Source of the DNA: Chloroflexota bacterium
Lineage (GTDB): Bacteria; Chloroflexota; Limnocylindria; QHBO01
NCBI GenBank assembly: GCA_003243965.1
Contig: QHBO01000043.1
Location: forward strand, 34,978 to 98,977
Direction of reading: 5' to 3'
Length of the DNA: 64,000 bases
Shown: one piece after another, positions 12,873 to 22,189 of the stretch
Layout: the number at the start of each line of letters is the position of its first letter
Numbering within the stretch: the first letter of the stretch is position 1
Made by a program: the position numbers and the translations under genes
Notes under the pieces: model-generated
What the model saw: the letters and a program-made list of their open reading frames with translations, nothing else
Told to the model about the DNA's origin: nothing
Databases searched by the model: none

Positions 12873-14993
12873 TCAGGCGCGCTCGCGGCGAGGCTCGCCC
12901 ACGTCGATCGGTACCACGTTGTCCGGATACTTGATCCGGCTGTGGTACATGCCCAGCAGCTGCTGGACGAACGCTTCCTTGATCTGGGCGATGTTCTTGA
13001 GCGTCAGCTCGGCGTCGTCGAGCTGGCCGTCATCGATCCGCGCGTCCACGATCCGGTCGACCATCGATCGGATGCTGGCCTCGTCCTTTTCGTCCAGTGA
13101 GCGGACGGATGCCTCGACTCCGTCGGCCAGCATCAGGATCGCGGCCTCGCGGCTCTGCGGCTTGGGGCCGGGGTACCGATACCGATCACCGTCCACGTTC
13201 TGCGGGACACCGCCCGACTCGCGGACGGCCTTCCCGAAGAAGTAGCCCATGGTGCTCGTCCCGTGGTGCTGCGGGATGAAGCCGATGATCTGCACCGGCA
13301 GTCGGTGCTCGTAGGCGAGGTCGATTCCATCCCGGATGTGGCTGGTGATGATCCGGGCGCTGGTCTCCGCATTCAGCTCATCGTGGATGTTCCGGCTCCC
13401 CGCCTGGTTCTCGATGAAGGCAAGCGGGTTCTTCATCTTGCCGATGTCATGGTAGTAGGCCGCCACCCGCGCGAGCAGCGGATCGGCGCCGATCGTCTCC
13501 GCCGCCCGCTCGGCCAGGTTGCCGACCATCACGCTGTGGTGGTAGGTCCCGGGCGTCTCCAGCAGCAGCCGGCGCAGGAGACGACTCGAGGGATTCGCCA
13601 GCTCCAGGAGCTGGAAGACGGTCATGATTCCGAACAAGTTGCCGAGCATCGCGAAGGAGCCGACGGCCAGGAAGACGGCCAGGATCGCGTGCACCACGCT
13701 CGCTCCGGCCAGCTGCAGGACGCCGGCGAGGTCGCGCTGCTCGAGCAGGCTGAACGCGGTGACGACCGTCACATTGGCAAGGCTCACGAACACGCCGGCG
13801 CGCACGAAGGCGTTCAGCCGCTCGGCGCGCACCACGCTCAGCAGGGCAGCCCCGCCCCCGACCAGGACGTAGACCGCCGGCTCGAGCCCGTCGCGATTGA
13901 CCACGCCGGAGATCAGGGCCAGCGCGGCCGCGATGGCCGCACCGGTGTAGCCGTCGAGCAGGATGCCGATCAGCAGCACGGTGGCCGAAGTGGGCACCAC
14001 GAACGCCCACAGCGAACGGTCGCCGGCGACCCGGATGGCGGCGGCGCTGACCAGCAGCGCGAGGAGAAACAGCAGCAGCGAACGGTTGCGGAACCAGACC
14101 GCCGGCGCAAACCGCCAGAGGAACGCCACCAGCAGCACGCCGATCAGCACCGCCACCAGTGCGTTGCCGATGAGCGTGGAGAGCTCCATCCGGGGCCGTG
14201 TCAGCCCGAGCTGGTCAAGCTTCTCCAGCGCCAGCTGGGTGATCGGGTCGCCGGCGCGCACCACCGTCTCCCCCTGACGGATCTGGACCACCACCGGGTC
14301 GACCGCGCTGCGCGCCTGGTCCCGAGCCGCCTGGGTGGCGGCCGCGTCCAGCTGGGAGTTCGGCTGGACCTGCGAGGCGGCGAGGTCGCCGGCGAGCTCG
14401 CGCTGCTGCTGCGACAGCTGCTTGGTGATGCTGGCGCGCACCTGCTGTCGAATGTCGGAAAGGCGATCCTCGCGCACCTCGGCCGACATCGTGGCGTCGA
14501 GCACGGTGCGACCGGCCTGGGTGACCTGCTCCCAGCTGGCCACGTCCATGGTCCGGATCTGCGCGATCTGCGCCGGCGACAGCTGGGGCGCCGCCTGGGT
14601 CAGGGCTGTGCCGAGCTGCGAAGCTGCCACGACGCCGGCATCGCGCTGGTCGAGGACACGCTTGACCGCCGTCGCCAGCGCGTCATACGCGTCCACCTGG
14701 CGGCGCCGCACGTCGGCGAGCGGCTCGGTCTGGGTGTAGACCGGCGCGACGTTCTTGGCGGCCAGATCCCGGGCGGCCTGCGTCTCCGAGGCGGAGATGA
14801 ATGACAGACTCTTGGGCGCGCGGATGTCCTGCTGAGCGACCTGGTTGAGCTCCAAGCTGACCTGGCCCGGAGCGATGCTGATGCTCAAGATCGCGGTCAG
14901 AGCGGCGGCGATCACGGCGACCACCACACCCGCACGCGCAGCACCGCCCTGGACCGGCGCGGCGGTGCGGGCCAGGGTGCGAGGAATGAACAT
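12873..14993 (-). CDS. Membrane HD-domain phosphohydrolase, PgpH/YqfF-like (7TM receptor with HD hydrolase)
   Basis: N-terminal TM plus extracellular region, a multi-TM block, and a C-terminal HD domain (HHSVMVGNLAE...YYHDIGKMKNP). It occupies the conserved position between yqeY and ybeY. Confidence 0.85.
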   Translation of the reverse strand: MFIPRTLARTAAPVQGGAARAGVVVAVIAAALTAILSISIAPGQVSLELNQVAQQDIRAPKSLSFISASETQAARDLAAKNVAPVYTQTEPLADVRRRQVDAYDALATAVKRVLDQRDAGVVAASQLGTALTQAAPQLSPAQIAQIRTMDVASWEQVTQAGRTVLDATMSAEVREDRLSDIRQQVRASITKQLSQQQRELAGDLAASQVQPNSQLDAAATQAARDQARSAVDPVVVQIRQGETVVRAGDPITQLALEKLDQLGLTRPRMELSTLIGNALVAVLIGVLLVAFLWRFAPAVWFRNRSLLLFLLALLVSAAAIRVAGDRSLWAFVVPTSATVLLIGILLDGYTGAAIAAALALISGVVNRDGLEPAVYVLVGGGAALLSVVRAERLNAFVRAGVFVSLANVTVVTAFSLLEQRDLAGVLQLAGASVVHAILAVFLAVGSFAMLGNLFGIMTVFQLLELANPSSRLLRRLLLETPGTYHHSVMVGNLAERAAETIGADPLLARVAAYYHDIGKMKNPLAFIENQAGSRNIHDELNAETSARIITSHIRDGIDLAYEHRLPVQIIGFIPQHHGTSTMGYFFGKAVRESGGVPQNVDGDRYRYPGPKPQSREAAILMLADGVEASVRSLDEKDEASIRSMVDRIVDARIDDGQLDDAELTLKNIAQIKEAFVQQLLGMYHSRIKYPDNVVPIDVGEPRRERA

Positions 14994-14999
14994 CTGCCG

Positions 15000-15461
15000 C
15001 TAGCCGCTCGACCCGCGCTCGGAGAGGAGCGTTCGGACCAGTTCGCTCAGCGCGCGGCCGTCGGCCCGCCCACGAACCTGCGGGGCGACGCGGCCCATCA
15101 CTCGGCCGAGATCCGCCGGCCCGGCGGCGCCGGTATCCACGATCGCGGCGCGCACGAGCCGCTCGATCTCGTCAGCGGCAAGCGGTTCGGGAAGGAACTC
15201 GCCGAGGATTGCCGCTTCAGCGGCTTCCCGCTCCGCGAGCTCGGGGCGGGCGCCGGTGCGGAACAGCTCCTCGCTCTCACGGCGCTGCTTGACCTGCTTG
15301 CCCACGATCTCGACGACGTCGTCGTCGGTGAGGTCGCGGCGCAGCTCGATGCGCCGGTTCTGCGCGGCGGCGATCGCCATCCGCAGCGTCTGCGTGCGAC
15401 GCTCGTCGCGCGCCTTCATCGCCTCGCGCATGGCGGCCTCGATGCGTTGCATCAGGGTCAT
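15000..15461 (-). CDS. GatB/YqeY domain-containing protein
   Basis: MQRIEAAMREAMKARDERRTQTLRM...GKQVKQRRESEELF...GPADLGRVMG is typical of YqeY. It lies next to rpsU, as in Bacillus. Confidence 0.85.
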   Translation of the reverse strand: MTLMQRIEAAMREAMKARDERRTQTLRMAIAAAQNRRIELRRDLTDDDVVEIVGKQVKQRRESEELFRTGARPELAEREAAEAAILGEFLPEPLAADEIERLVRAAIVDTGAAGPADLGRVMGRVAPQVRGRADGRALSELVRTLLSERGSSG

Positions 15462-15542
15462 CGGGCGACCTGCCTTCGGACGGACGTCAGTCTTTCGATC
15501 GGCTCCGGGAGAACGTCACCCCCGGACCAGGCGAACGTCTGG

Positions 15543-15722
15543 CTACGCGCGCGTCGAAGCCTTTCGCTTCTTGGCTTCCTTGCGCTTGCGCTTCACGCTG
15601 GGCTTCTCGTAGTGCTCGCGGCGCCGTGCCTCGGCCAGGATTCCGGACTGCTGAATCTTCTTGTTGAAGCGGCGCAGCGCGCTCTCGAACGACTCGTTCT
15701 CACCCACGCGGACCTCTGCCAA
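15543..15722 (-). CDS. rpsU: 30S ribosomal protein S21 (59 aa)
   Basis: [41 protein letters not shown]. Start is TTG 15722 with GGAGG about 8 nt upstream. The 102-aa track ORF adds a spurious 43-aa head. Confidence 0.9.
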   Translation of the reverse strand: MAEVRVGENESFESALRRFNKKIQQSGILAEARRREHYEKPSVKRKRKEAKKRKASTRA

Positions 15723-15785
15723 ACGGGTTCGCCTCCTTCCGCCCCTCAACGTCGCGTCGGCTTCGGCCGGCGCTGGAGCCCGCGG

Positions 15786-15814
15786 AGCATACAGTGGACC
15801 TGAACGAGGGTCAA
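15786..15814 (-). promoter_or_regulatory. Candidate sigma-70-type promoter of rpsU (TTGACC-N17-TATGCT)
   Basis: Minus strand has TTGACC (15814..15809), a 17-nt spacer, and TATGCT (15791..15786). It lies just downstream of the copA stop. Confidence 0.45.
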
Positions 15815-15819
15815 CGCGA

Positions 15820-18240
15820 TCAGGAGGCCAATGGCGCTGCGCTTGCCTCACGTCGTCGAGTCGTTGCGCCGAGCTGCGGCGCGCGGAAGCCGCGAAGCCG
15901 GAGCGCGTTGGAGACGACCGTAACGCTCGATGCGGCCATCGCGGCGGCGGCGATGATCGGGTCGAGCAGGATGCCGGCGAAGGGGTAGAGCAGCCCGGCG
16001 GCGAGCGGGATGAGCGCGACGTTGTAGGCGAACGCCCAGAACAGATTCTGCCGAATGTTGCGCATCGTCGCCCGCGACAGGGAGACGGCGGTGACCACCG
16101 ACCGAAGGTCGCCGCTCATCAGCGTCACTCCCGCCGACTCGATCGCGACATCGGTGCCCGTGCCGAGCGCAATGCCGACATCGGCCTGTGCCAGCGCCGG
16201 CGCGTCGTTGATCCCATCGCCGACCATGGCGACCAGCCTGCCGGCAGCCTGCAGCCGTCGAATCTGCGCCGCCTTCTCATCCGGACGCACGTCGGACAGG
16301 ACCCGGCCAACCCCCGCCTGCCGTCCGATTGTCCGCGCGGTGAGATCATTGTCCCCGGTCAGCATGATCACCTCGAGCCCCATCCGATGCAGCTCGGCGA
16401 CCGCCGTTACGGAGCCGCTCTTCAGCTGATCCGCGATACCGATCACCGCGGCCGGCTGACCATCGATCGCCACGTACACCGGTGTGCGACCGGCCGATGC
16501 GAGCCGCTCTCCGGCCGAGGCGAGCTCGCCGGATGCGATCGCTCGCTCGGCGAGGAATGTCGGCCGCCCGACCACCACGCGGCGGCCGTCAACGCTGGCC
16601 TCGACCCCCTCCCCGGCGACGGCCGCGAAGCGCTCCGGCTCGACGGTTACCAGGCCCCGCCTCGTCGCTTCACTGACGAGCGCGGCGGCGAGCGGATGCT
16701 CTGACCGCCGCTCGGCGGCCGCCACCAGGCGCAGCAGCTCCGATTCCGGCGGGGCGCCCGGGGAGAGAAGCACATCGGTGACCCGCGGTTTCCCCTCGGT
16801 CAGCGTCCCCGTCTTGTCGAAGACGACCACCCGGACCCGGTGCAGACGCTCGAGAGCTTCGGCATTCCGGAACAGCACGCCGTTCTCCGCGCCCTTTCCG
16901 GTGCCGACCATGATCGAGGTCGGCGTCGCGAGGCCGAGCGCGCAGGGACAGGCGATGATCAGCACCGCGACCGAGTTGAGGAGCGCCAGGTTGAAGGCGG
17001 GCTGTGGGCCAAATGCGATCCAGGCCACGAAGGTCGCCGCCGCCGTGACCAGCACTGCCGGAACGAAGTACCCGGTCACCGTGTCCGCCAGCCGCTGGAT
17101 GGGCGCCTTGCTTCCCTGGGCTTCCTGGACCAGCCGCACGATCTGCGCCAGCACCGTGTCACGGCCGACGCGTGTCGCCTCGAAGCGCACCGCACCCGTG
17201 GTGTTCAGCGTGCCGCCGATCACCTCGTCGCCGGATCGCTTGGCGACCGGCAGGCTCTCGCCGGTCACCATGCTCTCGTCAACCGCCGACTGGCCGTCGC
17301 GCACCACGCCGTCGACCGGCACCTTCTCGCCCGGCCGCAGGAGGACGAGGTCGCCGCGGCGCACCTGGTCGAGGGGCAGGTCGCGTTCCGCTCCGTCGCG
17401 GGTGACCCGCGCGGTCCGCGGGACAAGGCCGATCAGCGCCCGGATGGCATCTGAGGTATGGCTCCTGGCGCGCGCCTCCAGGTAGCGTCCGGTGAGGATC
17501 AGGGTGATGATCACCGCCGCGGTGTCGAAGTACAGCGGCAGCTCGCTGCGCCCCGCGATCCCGGTCGCCCGGAAGAAACCTGGGAAGGTGATCGCGGCGA
17601 GGCTGTACAGGTACGCCGCCGAGCTGCCGACGGCGATCAGCGTGTTCATGTCAGCCGCGCCGTGACGCAGGACCCTCCAGGCTCCCCGGTAGAAGCCCCA
17701 ACCGGAGTACAGCTGGACCGGCGTCGCGAATGCGAGCTGCGCGAGCGGATCGGCGAGCACCGCGGGCAGAAATGGCGCGACCGTCATCCGCGCCAGGGCG
17801 AGCAGCAGCGGAACGGTGAACACCGCTGCCACGACCAGCCGGCGTCGGGTGTCAGCCAGGTGGCGCTGTTGGGAAGTCGTGTCCTGCCCGCGCGGCACGG
17901 GATCGGTCCGGGCTGCCGCGCCCGCAGCCGGTGGCGACGCCTCCGCGCTTGGCCGCGAGTCGGCATCGTCGGCGATCCGGGCGTCGTAGCCGGCCGCCTC
18001 GACGGCGGCCATGATCTCGCCCGCGCTCACCCCCGAGTCAGCGACCACGGTCGCGCGCTCGGTGGCCAGGTTGACGGTGGCGGAACGCACCCCGGTGACC
18101 CTGTTCAGGTAGCGCTCGATCCGGTTCACGCAAGAGGCGCAGGACATGCCCTCGATCTCGAGGGTCATCACCGGTGCCTGGCGTGCGCGGAAACCGATCT
18201 CGAGCGCTCGATCGGGGCGAGCCTTGTCGCCGCTCAGCAT
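15820..18240 (-). CDS. copA: Copper-translocating P1B-type ATPase
   Basis: HMA domain [16 protein letters not shown], the CPC motif [20 protein letters not shown] and [11 protein letters not shown] 18240 lies 4 nt after the YHS-gene stop. ATG 18168 ([13 protein letters not shown]) is an alternative start. Confidence 0.9.
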   Translation of the reverse strand: MLSGDKARPDRALEIGFRARQAPVMTLEIEGMSCASCVNRIERYLNRVTGVRSATVNLATERATVVADSGVSAGEIMAAVEAAGYDARIADDADSRPSAEASPPAAGAAARTDPVPRGQDTTSQQRHLADTRRRLVVAAVFTVPLLLALARMTVAPFLPAVLADPLAQLAFATPVQLYSGWGFYRGAWRVLRHGAADMNTLIAVGSSAAYLYSLAAITFPGFFRATGIAGRSELPLYFDTAAVIITLILTGRYLEARARSHTSDAIRALIGLVPRTARVTRDGAERDLPLDQVRRGDLVLLRPGEKVPVDGVVRDGQSAVDESMVTGESLPVAKRSGDEVIGGTLNTTGAVRFEATRVGRDTVLAQIVRLVQEAQGSKAPIQRLADTVTGYFVPAVLVTAAATFVAWIAFGPQPAFNLALLNSVAVLIIACPCALGLATPTSIMVGTGKGAENGVLFRNAEALERLHRVRVVVFDKTGTLTEGKPRVTDVLLSPGAPPESELLRLVAAAERRSEHPLAAALVSEATRRGLVTVEPERFAAVAGEGVEASVDGRRVVVGRPTFLAERAIASGELASAGERLASAGRTPVYVAIDGQPAAVIGIADQLKSGSVTAVAELHRMGLEVIMLTGDNDLTARTIGRQAGVGRVLSDVRPDEKAAQIRRLQAAGRLVAMVGDGINDAPALAQADVGIALGTGTDVAIESAGVTLMSGDLRSVVTAVSLSRATMRNIRQNLFWAFAYNVALIPLAAGLLYPFAGILLDPIIAAAAMAASSVTVVSNALRLRGFRAPQLGATTRRREASAAPLAS

Positions 18241-18244
18241 CGGG

Positions 18245-18430
18245 TCACATGGAGGGGACGTAGTCGGGATCGAGGTATCGCTCCGGATCCTCGTCGAAGT
18301 CGAGCTTGCAGCCCTTGCCGCAGAAGTAGTAGTCGGTGTCCGCGTGCCGGCTGTGCAGGTCGCGCGCGCGAGCGGATTCGCGCTCGACGGTCATGCCGCA
18401 CACCGGATCCTTGTCCAGGTTGGACGTCAT
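18245..18430 (-). CDS. YHS domain-containing metal-binding protein (61 aa)
   Basis: DPVCGMTV...[19 protein letters not shown] is the YHS/TRASH pattern. GGAG lies 8 nt upstream of the ATG. Confidence 0.8.
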   Translation of the reverse strand: MTSNLDKDPVCGMTVERESARARDLHSRHADTDYYFCGKGCKLDFDEDPERYLDPDYVPSM

Positions 18431-18455
18431 CGGTCAAACTCCACACTGCGGCTGG

Positions 18456-18480
18456 GATACCCCTGGGGGCTATCAGTGTA
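18456..18480 (-). promoter_or_regulatory. CsoR-type operator-like palindrome (GATACCCCTGGGGGCTATC) abutting a TACACT -10 box upstream of the YHS-copA genes
   Basis: The C-tract/G-tract pseudo-palindrome at 18456-18474 resembles ATACCCC...GGGGTAT copper-sensor operators. The -10-like TACACT (18480..18475) is immediately upstream on the minus strand. Confidence 0.45.
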
Positions 18481-18515
18481 GGCCGGACGACACGCCGGCG
18501 TCCAGGCCGGGGCCT

Positions 18516-18974
18516 TCAGGCCGGCGCCTCGGCCTCCAGGTTGGCGAGGCCGCGCTTCATGGAGGCGGCGATCGGGCGCCCATGGGTCAGTCGGATGACG
18601 AAGGTCGCGATCCGGCCGCCGATCGAGGTTGGAGTCCGGTTCCAGATCACGTGGATCCGACTCCCGCCGCCTGCCGCGGGCGTGATAGTGGCCGACACGT
18701 AGCTGCCCGGCGCGCAGAAGTTGCTCTCCTCGACCGTCCAGGTCACGGTCTGCGGGTCGGACCAGTCGTAGCGCTCACGGGCCCAGACGCTCATCCCGGG
18801 GCTCTTGGTCCCCTCGCGAACCACCGCCTCGGTCTCGCCGACGGAGTAAACCTCGAAGTACTCCTCCGAGATGCCCGGCCAGATCCGTGGTCGCCGCTCC
18901 GAGAAATCGATCAGCGCGGCGCGCACGCGGTCGGGCGCGACACGGGTGACCAGCTCGACGTCAACGCGTGGCAT
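18516..18974 (-). CDS. SRPBCC (START/polyketide-cyclase-like) family protein
   Basis: 152 aa with a typical SRPBCC N-terminus (VDVELVTRVAPDRVRAALIDF). Strong RBS GGGAGGAG. Function unknown. Confidence 0.6.
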   Translation of the reverse strand: MPRVDVELVTRVAPDRVRAALIDFSERRPRIWPGISEEYFEVYSVGETEAVVREGTKSPGMSVWARERYDWSDPQTVTWTVEESNFCAPGSYVSATITPAAGGGSRIHVIWNRTPTSIGGRIATFVIRLTHGRPIAASMKRGLANLEAEAPA

Positions 18975-19025
18975 CCAGACTCCTCCCTTTCGCGATGGCG
19001 CCGACGTCGGCGCGGTTGGTCGCGC

Positions 19026-19373
19026 TCATCCGGGCGGCCATGCCATCTGCCGTCCGCCGAGCAGGTGGAGGTGCAGGTGCGGTACCGACTGTCCTGCATC
19101 CGGCCCGACGTTGGTCACGATCCGGTAGCCGTTGGAGAGCGCCGCATCCGTCGCGGCGCGCCGCAGCGCGCCGAAGAGCCGGCCAAGCAGCGGTGCGTCG
19201 TCATCGGTCAGCTCGTGGACGGAGCCGATGTGGCGTCGCGGGATGGCGAGCAGATGAGTCGGCGCCTTGGCATCGATGTCGCGAACGATCAGCACCTCAT
19301 CGTCCTCGTGGACCACCGATGCGGGCAGCTCACCGCGCGCGATGCGGCAGAACAGGCAGTCGGCGTCCGTCAT
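19026..19373 (-). CDS. HIT (histidine triad) family protein (115 aa)
   Basis: CLFCRIARGELPA... and the triad HLHLHLLGG. Start is ATG 19373, 10 nt after the rsmE stop. The track extension overlaps rsmE. Confidence 0.88.
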   Translation of the reverse strand: MTDADCLFCRIARGELPASVVHEDDEVLIVRDIDAKAPTHLLAIPRRHIGSVHELTDDDAPLLGRLFGALRRAATDAALSNGYRIVTNVGPDAGQSVPHLHLHLLGGRQMAWPPG

Positions 19374-19383
19374 CAGGCACAGC

Positions 19384-20070
19384 CTAGGCGAACTCGCCGG
19401 CCGCCGACAAGACGACCGCCGCCGCCGCGAGGGCCACGTGTTCGGAGCGGAGGATTCGTGGCCCGAGCCAGGCGATCGGACTGCCCGCGCCCGCCGCAGC
19501 CTCGACCTCGGCACCGGTGAAGCCTCCTTCCGGCCCGATCAGCATTCGGTGCGGGGGCGGAAGGGCGGCGAGATGGTGGCCACCGAGCCGCTCGTAGAGG
19601 ACGACGCACTCCGGTCCGAGCACGCTGCGCAGCGGAACCGGCGCGTGAACCTCCGGCACGGCACCGCGCTCCGACTGCTCGGCCGCCTCGCGGGCGATCG
19701 ATCTCAGTCGAGCCAGACGCTGCTCGCTGATGCTGCGGACGATCGTTCGCTCGCTGATGATCAGCTGGACGGCGACCACTCCGATCTCGGTGGCGCTCCT
19801 GATCACGTCCTCGAGGTGATCGCTCTTGAGCACGGCCTGGCAGATGGTCAGCCGATGGCGCGGCTCGCCACTCGCCGCCCCCCGCTCGACCACCTCCAGT
19901 GCGGCGTCGTCAACCACTCGGCAGTGAGCCTGCGTGCCGCTTCCGTCCAGCAGCAGGATCTCCGTCCCGGGTCGCGCGCGGAGCACGTCGCGCAGCTGAT
20001 GACGGATCTCGTCAGGGATCGCCAGGCGATCGGCCGCGTATGTGCCCGGCCGCACGAAGAACCGATGCAT
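19384..20070 (-). CDS. rsmE: 16S rRNA (uracil1498-N3)-methyltransferase RsmE
   Basis: MHRFFV N-terminus and the C-terminal LIGPEGGFTGAEV motif. Directly abuts the prmA stop. Confidence 0.85.
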   Translation of the reverse strand: MHRFFVRPGTYAADRLAIPDEIRHQLRDVLRARPGTEILLLDGSGTQAHCRVVDDAALEVVERGAASGEPRHRLTICQAVLKSDHLEDVIRSATEIGVVAVQLIISERTIVRSISEQRLARLRSIAREAAEQSERGAVPEVHAPVPLRSVLGPECVVLYERLGGHHLAALPPPHRMLIGPEGGFTGAEVEAAAGAGSPIAWLGPRILRSEHVALAAAAVVLSAAGEFA

Positions 20071-20979
20071 TCAGGTCCGCTCCAGCCCAAGCGTCAGCCA
20101 GTCACCATCCTCGAGCCGGTCGCGCTCGACGAAGCCGGCGGCCCGAAGGGCGCTGCCGACCTCCTCACCACGCTCAGCGATGATCCCACTCGCGATCAGG
20201 GTGCCGCCCCGGCGGCAATGGACCGCCAGCCGCTCGGCGAGCTCGACGAGCACTGCCGCAACCAGGTTCGCCATCACCAATCGGACGCGCTCGGCGGGAA
20301 CCGCCGGCAGGGTGCCGCGCCGCGCCTCGAGCCGATCGGCAAGCGCGTTCGCCGCCGCGTTGGCGCCCGTGGTCGCCACGGCCAGCGGGTCCGTGTCGTA
20401 GCAGATCGCGCGGCGCGCCCCGAGCCGCAGGGCGGCCAGCGCCAGGATCCCCGACCCGCATCCCACGTCGAGGATCGGCGACGGCATGGGATCGACGCGC
20501 TGCAGCAGCGCCAGGCAACCGCGGGTCGTCGGGTGCAGCCCGGTGCCGAACGCCATCCCCGGGTCGAGCCGCAGCTCGACCTCGCCGTCGGCGATCGGCT
20601 CGTCGAGCCAGGACGGGACGATCACCACCCGGCCGATGCGCTGTGGCGTGTAGCCGGCCTTCCAGGCCGCCTCCCATCCCGAGTCCTCAACCGATGACAC
20701 GTGGAGCGCGCCGACCGGGCCGAGACCAAACGCCTGGAGGTGCCAGAGGGCGCGCTCGGTGGCCTCCAGCGCGGCGGCCGAGTCCCCGTCGTCCGGAACG
20801 TGCGCGGTGACGAGGTACGGGGCGCTCGGATCCTCCCGTACGGCGAGCTCGTCGCGGGGGTCGCGGATCAGGCGCGTGGGCCTCACGGCGGCGCCGCGGC
20901 CGAGACGCCCGAATATTTCGGAGACGGCTTCCACCGCCTCGACGTTGGCCTCGACGGTCAGCTCCAGCCAGCGCGCCAC
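20071..20979 (-). CDS. prmA: Ribosomal protein L11 methyltransferase PrmA
   Basis: WLELTVEANVEAVEAVSEIF..., the SAM motif ILDVGCGSGILALAA, and the conserved dnaJ-prmA-rsmE order. Confidence 0.88.
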   Translation of the reverse strand: MARWLELTVEANVEAVEAVSEIFGRLGRGAAVRPTRLIRDPRDELAVREDPSAPYLVTAHVPDDGDSAAALEATERALWHLQAFGLGPVGALHVSSVEDSGWEAAWKAGYTPQRIGRVVIVPSWLDEPIADGEVELRLDPGMAFGTGLHPTTRGCLALLQRVDPMPSPILDVGCGSGILALAALRLGARRAICYDTDPLAVATTGANAAANALADRLEARRGTLPAVPAERVRLVMANLVAAVLVELAERLAVHCRRGGTLIASGIIAERGEEVGSALRAAGFVERDRLEDGDWLTLGLERT

Positions 20980-20987
20980 GTGGCGGC

Positions 20988-22112
20988 TCAGGCGAACAGG
21001 TCGCGGATGCGATCCAGGAGGCTGCCGCCGCCCTTGGGCAGAACGGCCGGCGGACTGACCTTGTCCAGCTCTCTGAGCAGCTCCCGTTCGCGCTTGCCCA
21101 GCTTGGAAGGCACCACCACATTGACCACGACGTGGAGGTCGCCACGTCCGTTGCCGCGGAGGCGCGGCACTCCGCGTCCTCGCAGGCGGATCTCCTGCCC
21201 GCTCTGCGTGCCCGCGGGCACCTCGATCTGCTCACTGCCCTCGACGGTGGGAACCGCCAGGGTGGCACCCAGGGCCGCCTGCGGGAAGGTGAGCGGGAGG
21301 ATGTGGTACAGCTCGGTCCCGCGTCGGAGGAGCTGCGGGTGCTCGCGGACGTTGACGACCACGTACAGGTCCCCGGCCGGGCCTCCCCGCGGTCCCGCCT
21401 CTCCCTGTCCGTCCAGCGCGATGCGCTGCCCGGAATCGATGCCCGCCGGAACGCTGACCTGAAGGCTGCGTTCCTGTCTGACGCGACCGTCGCCGCGGCA
21501 CTCGTGGCACGGGTTGGCGATCACCGAACCCTCGCCGTTGCAGCGTGGGCAGGCGACGATGTTCACCATCTGGCCCAGGATGGTCTGCGCCACGCGGCGC
21601 TTCTCGCCCGAGCCGCCGCAGTCCGCGCAGCGCTCGGGCTGCGTCCCCGGCTCGCCGCCGGTCCCCGAGCAGACCGGGCAGGTGACGAGCGTCGGGAAGC
21701 TGATCTCCCGCGTGACGCCGAAGACCGCCTCCGCGAAATCGATCGTCATGTCGTAGCGAAGGTCGGCGCCGGCCACCACCCGCCGGCGCTGTCGGCCGGC
21801 CGGGTTACCACCGAAGAACGCATCGAAGATGTCACCGAAGGGGCCGAAGCCACCGCCGAACCCTTCGAACCCGCCGCCCGCGCTGCCGTCCACGCCGGCA
21901 TGACCGAACATGTCGTAGGCCTGGCGACGCTGCCGATCCGAGAGCACCCGATAGGCCTCGTTGAGCTCCTTGAAGCGCGCCTCGGCGCCCTCGCTGTTGT
22001 CGACATCGGGGTGATGCTGCTGGGCGGCACGGCGGAACGCCCGCTTGATCTCCTCGTCCGAGGAGTCCCGCGAGACGCCGAGCACCTCGTAGTAATCGCG
22101 CTTCACCGCCAT
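20988..22112 (-). CDS. dnaJ: Molecular chaperone DnaJ
   Basis: J domain with HPD (QQHHPDV), a G/F region, and four zinc-finger repeats (CPVCSGTG, CADCGGSG, CPRCNGEG, CHECRGDG). Confidence 0.95.
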   Translation of the reverse strand: MAVKRDYYEVLGVSRDSSDEEIKRAFRRAAQQHHPDVDNSEGAEARFKELNEAYRVLSDRQRRQAYDMFGHAGVDGSAGGGFEGFGGGFGPFGDIFDAFFGGNPAGRQRRRVVAGADLRYDMTIDFAEAVFGVTREISFPTLVTCPVCSGTGGEPGTQPERCADCGGSGEKRRVAQTILGQMVNIVACPRCNGEGSVIANPCHECRGDGRVRQERSLQVSVPAGIDSGQRIALDGQGEAGPRGGPAGDLYVVVNVREHPQLLRRGTELYHILPLTFPQAALGATLAVPTVEGSEQIEVPAGTQSGQEIRLRGRGVPRLRGNGRGDLHVVVNVVVPSKLGKRERELLRELDKVSPPAVLPKGGGSLLDRIRDLFA

Positions 22113-22121
22113 CGGTCGGCG

Positions 22122-22127
22122 ATTATA
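22122..22127 (-). promoter_or_regulatory. Perfect TATAAT -10 box 9 nt upstream of the dnaJ ATG (leaderless-type)
   Basis: Minus strand reads ...GAGTGCCAG ccgg TATAAT cgccgaccg ATG, with no SD between the box and the ATG. Confidence 0.5.
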
Positions 22128-22131
22128 CCGG

Positions 22132-22158
22132 CTGGCACTCTGAAATCGAGAGTGCCAG
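22132..22158. promoter_or_regulatory. CIRCE-like HrcA operator (CTGGCACTC-N9-GAGTGCCAG)
   Basis: A perfect 9-bp inverted repeat with a 9-nt spacer. It matches the CIRCE consensus TTAGCACTC-N9-GAGTGCTAA except in the outer 2-3 positions. It sits in the 77-bp dnaJ/ycaQ divergent region. Confidence 0.75.
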
Positions 22159-22170
22159 CTGCCTGGCGAC

Positions 22171-22179
22171 TGCTAGCAT
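22171..22179 (+). promoter_or_regulatory. Extended -10 (TGcTAGCAT) 10 nt upstream of the ycaQ-like ATG
   Basis: Read directly as tgctagcat cccggacgcg ATG, with no SD. Confidence 0.4.
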
Positions 22180-22189
22180 CCCGGACGCG

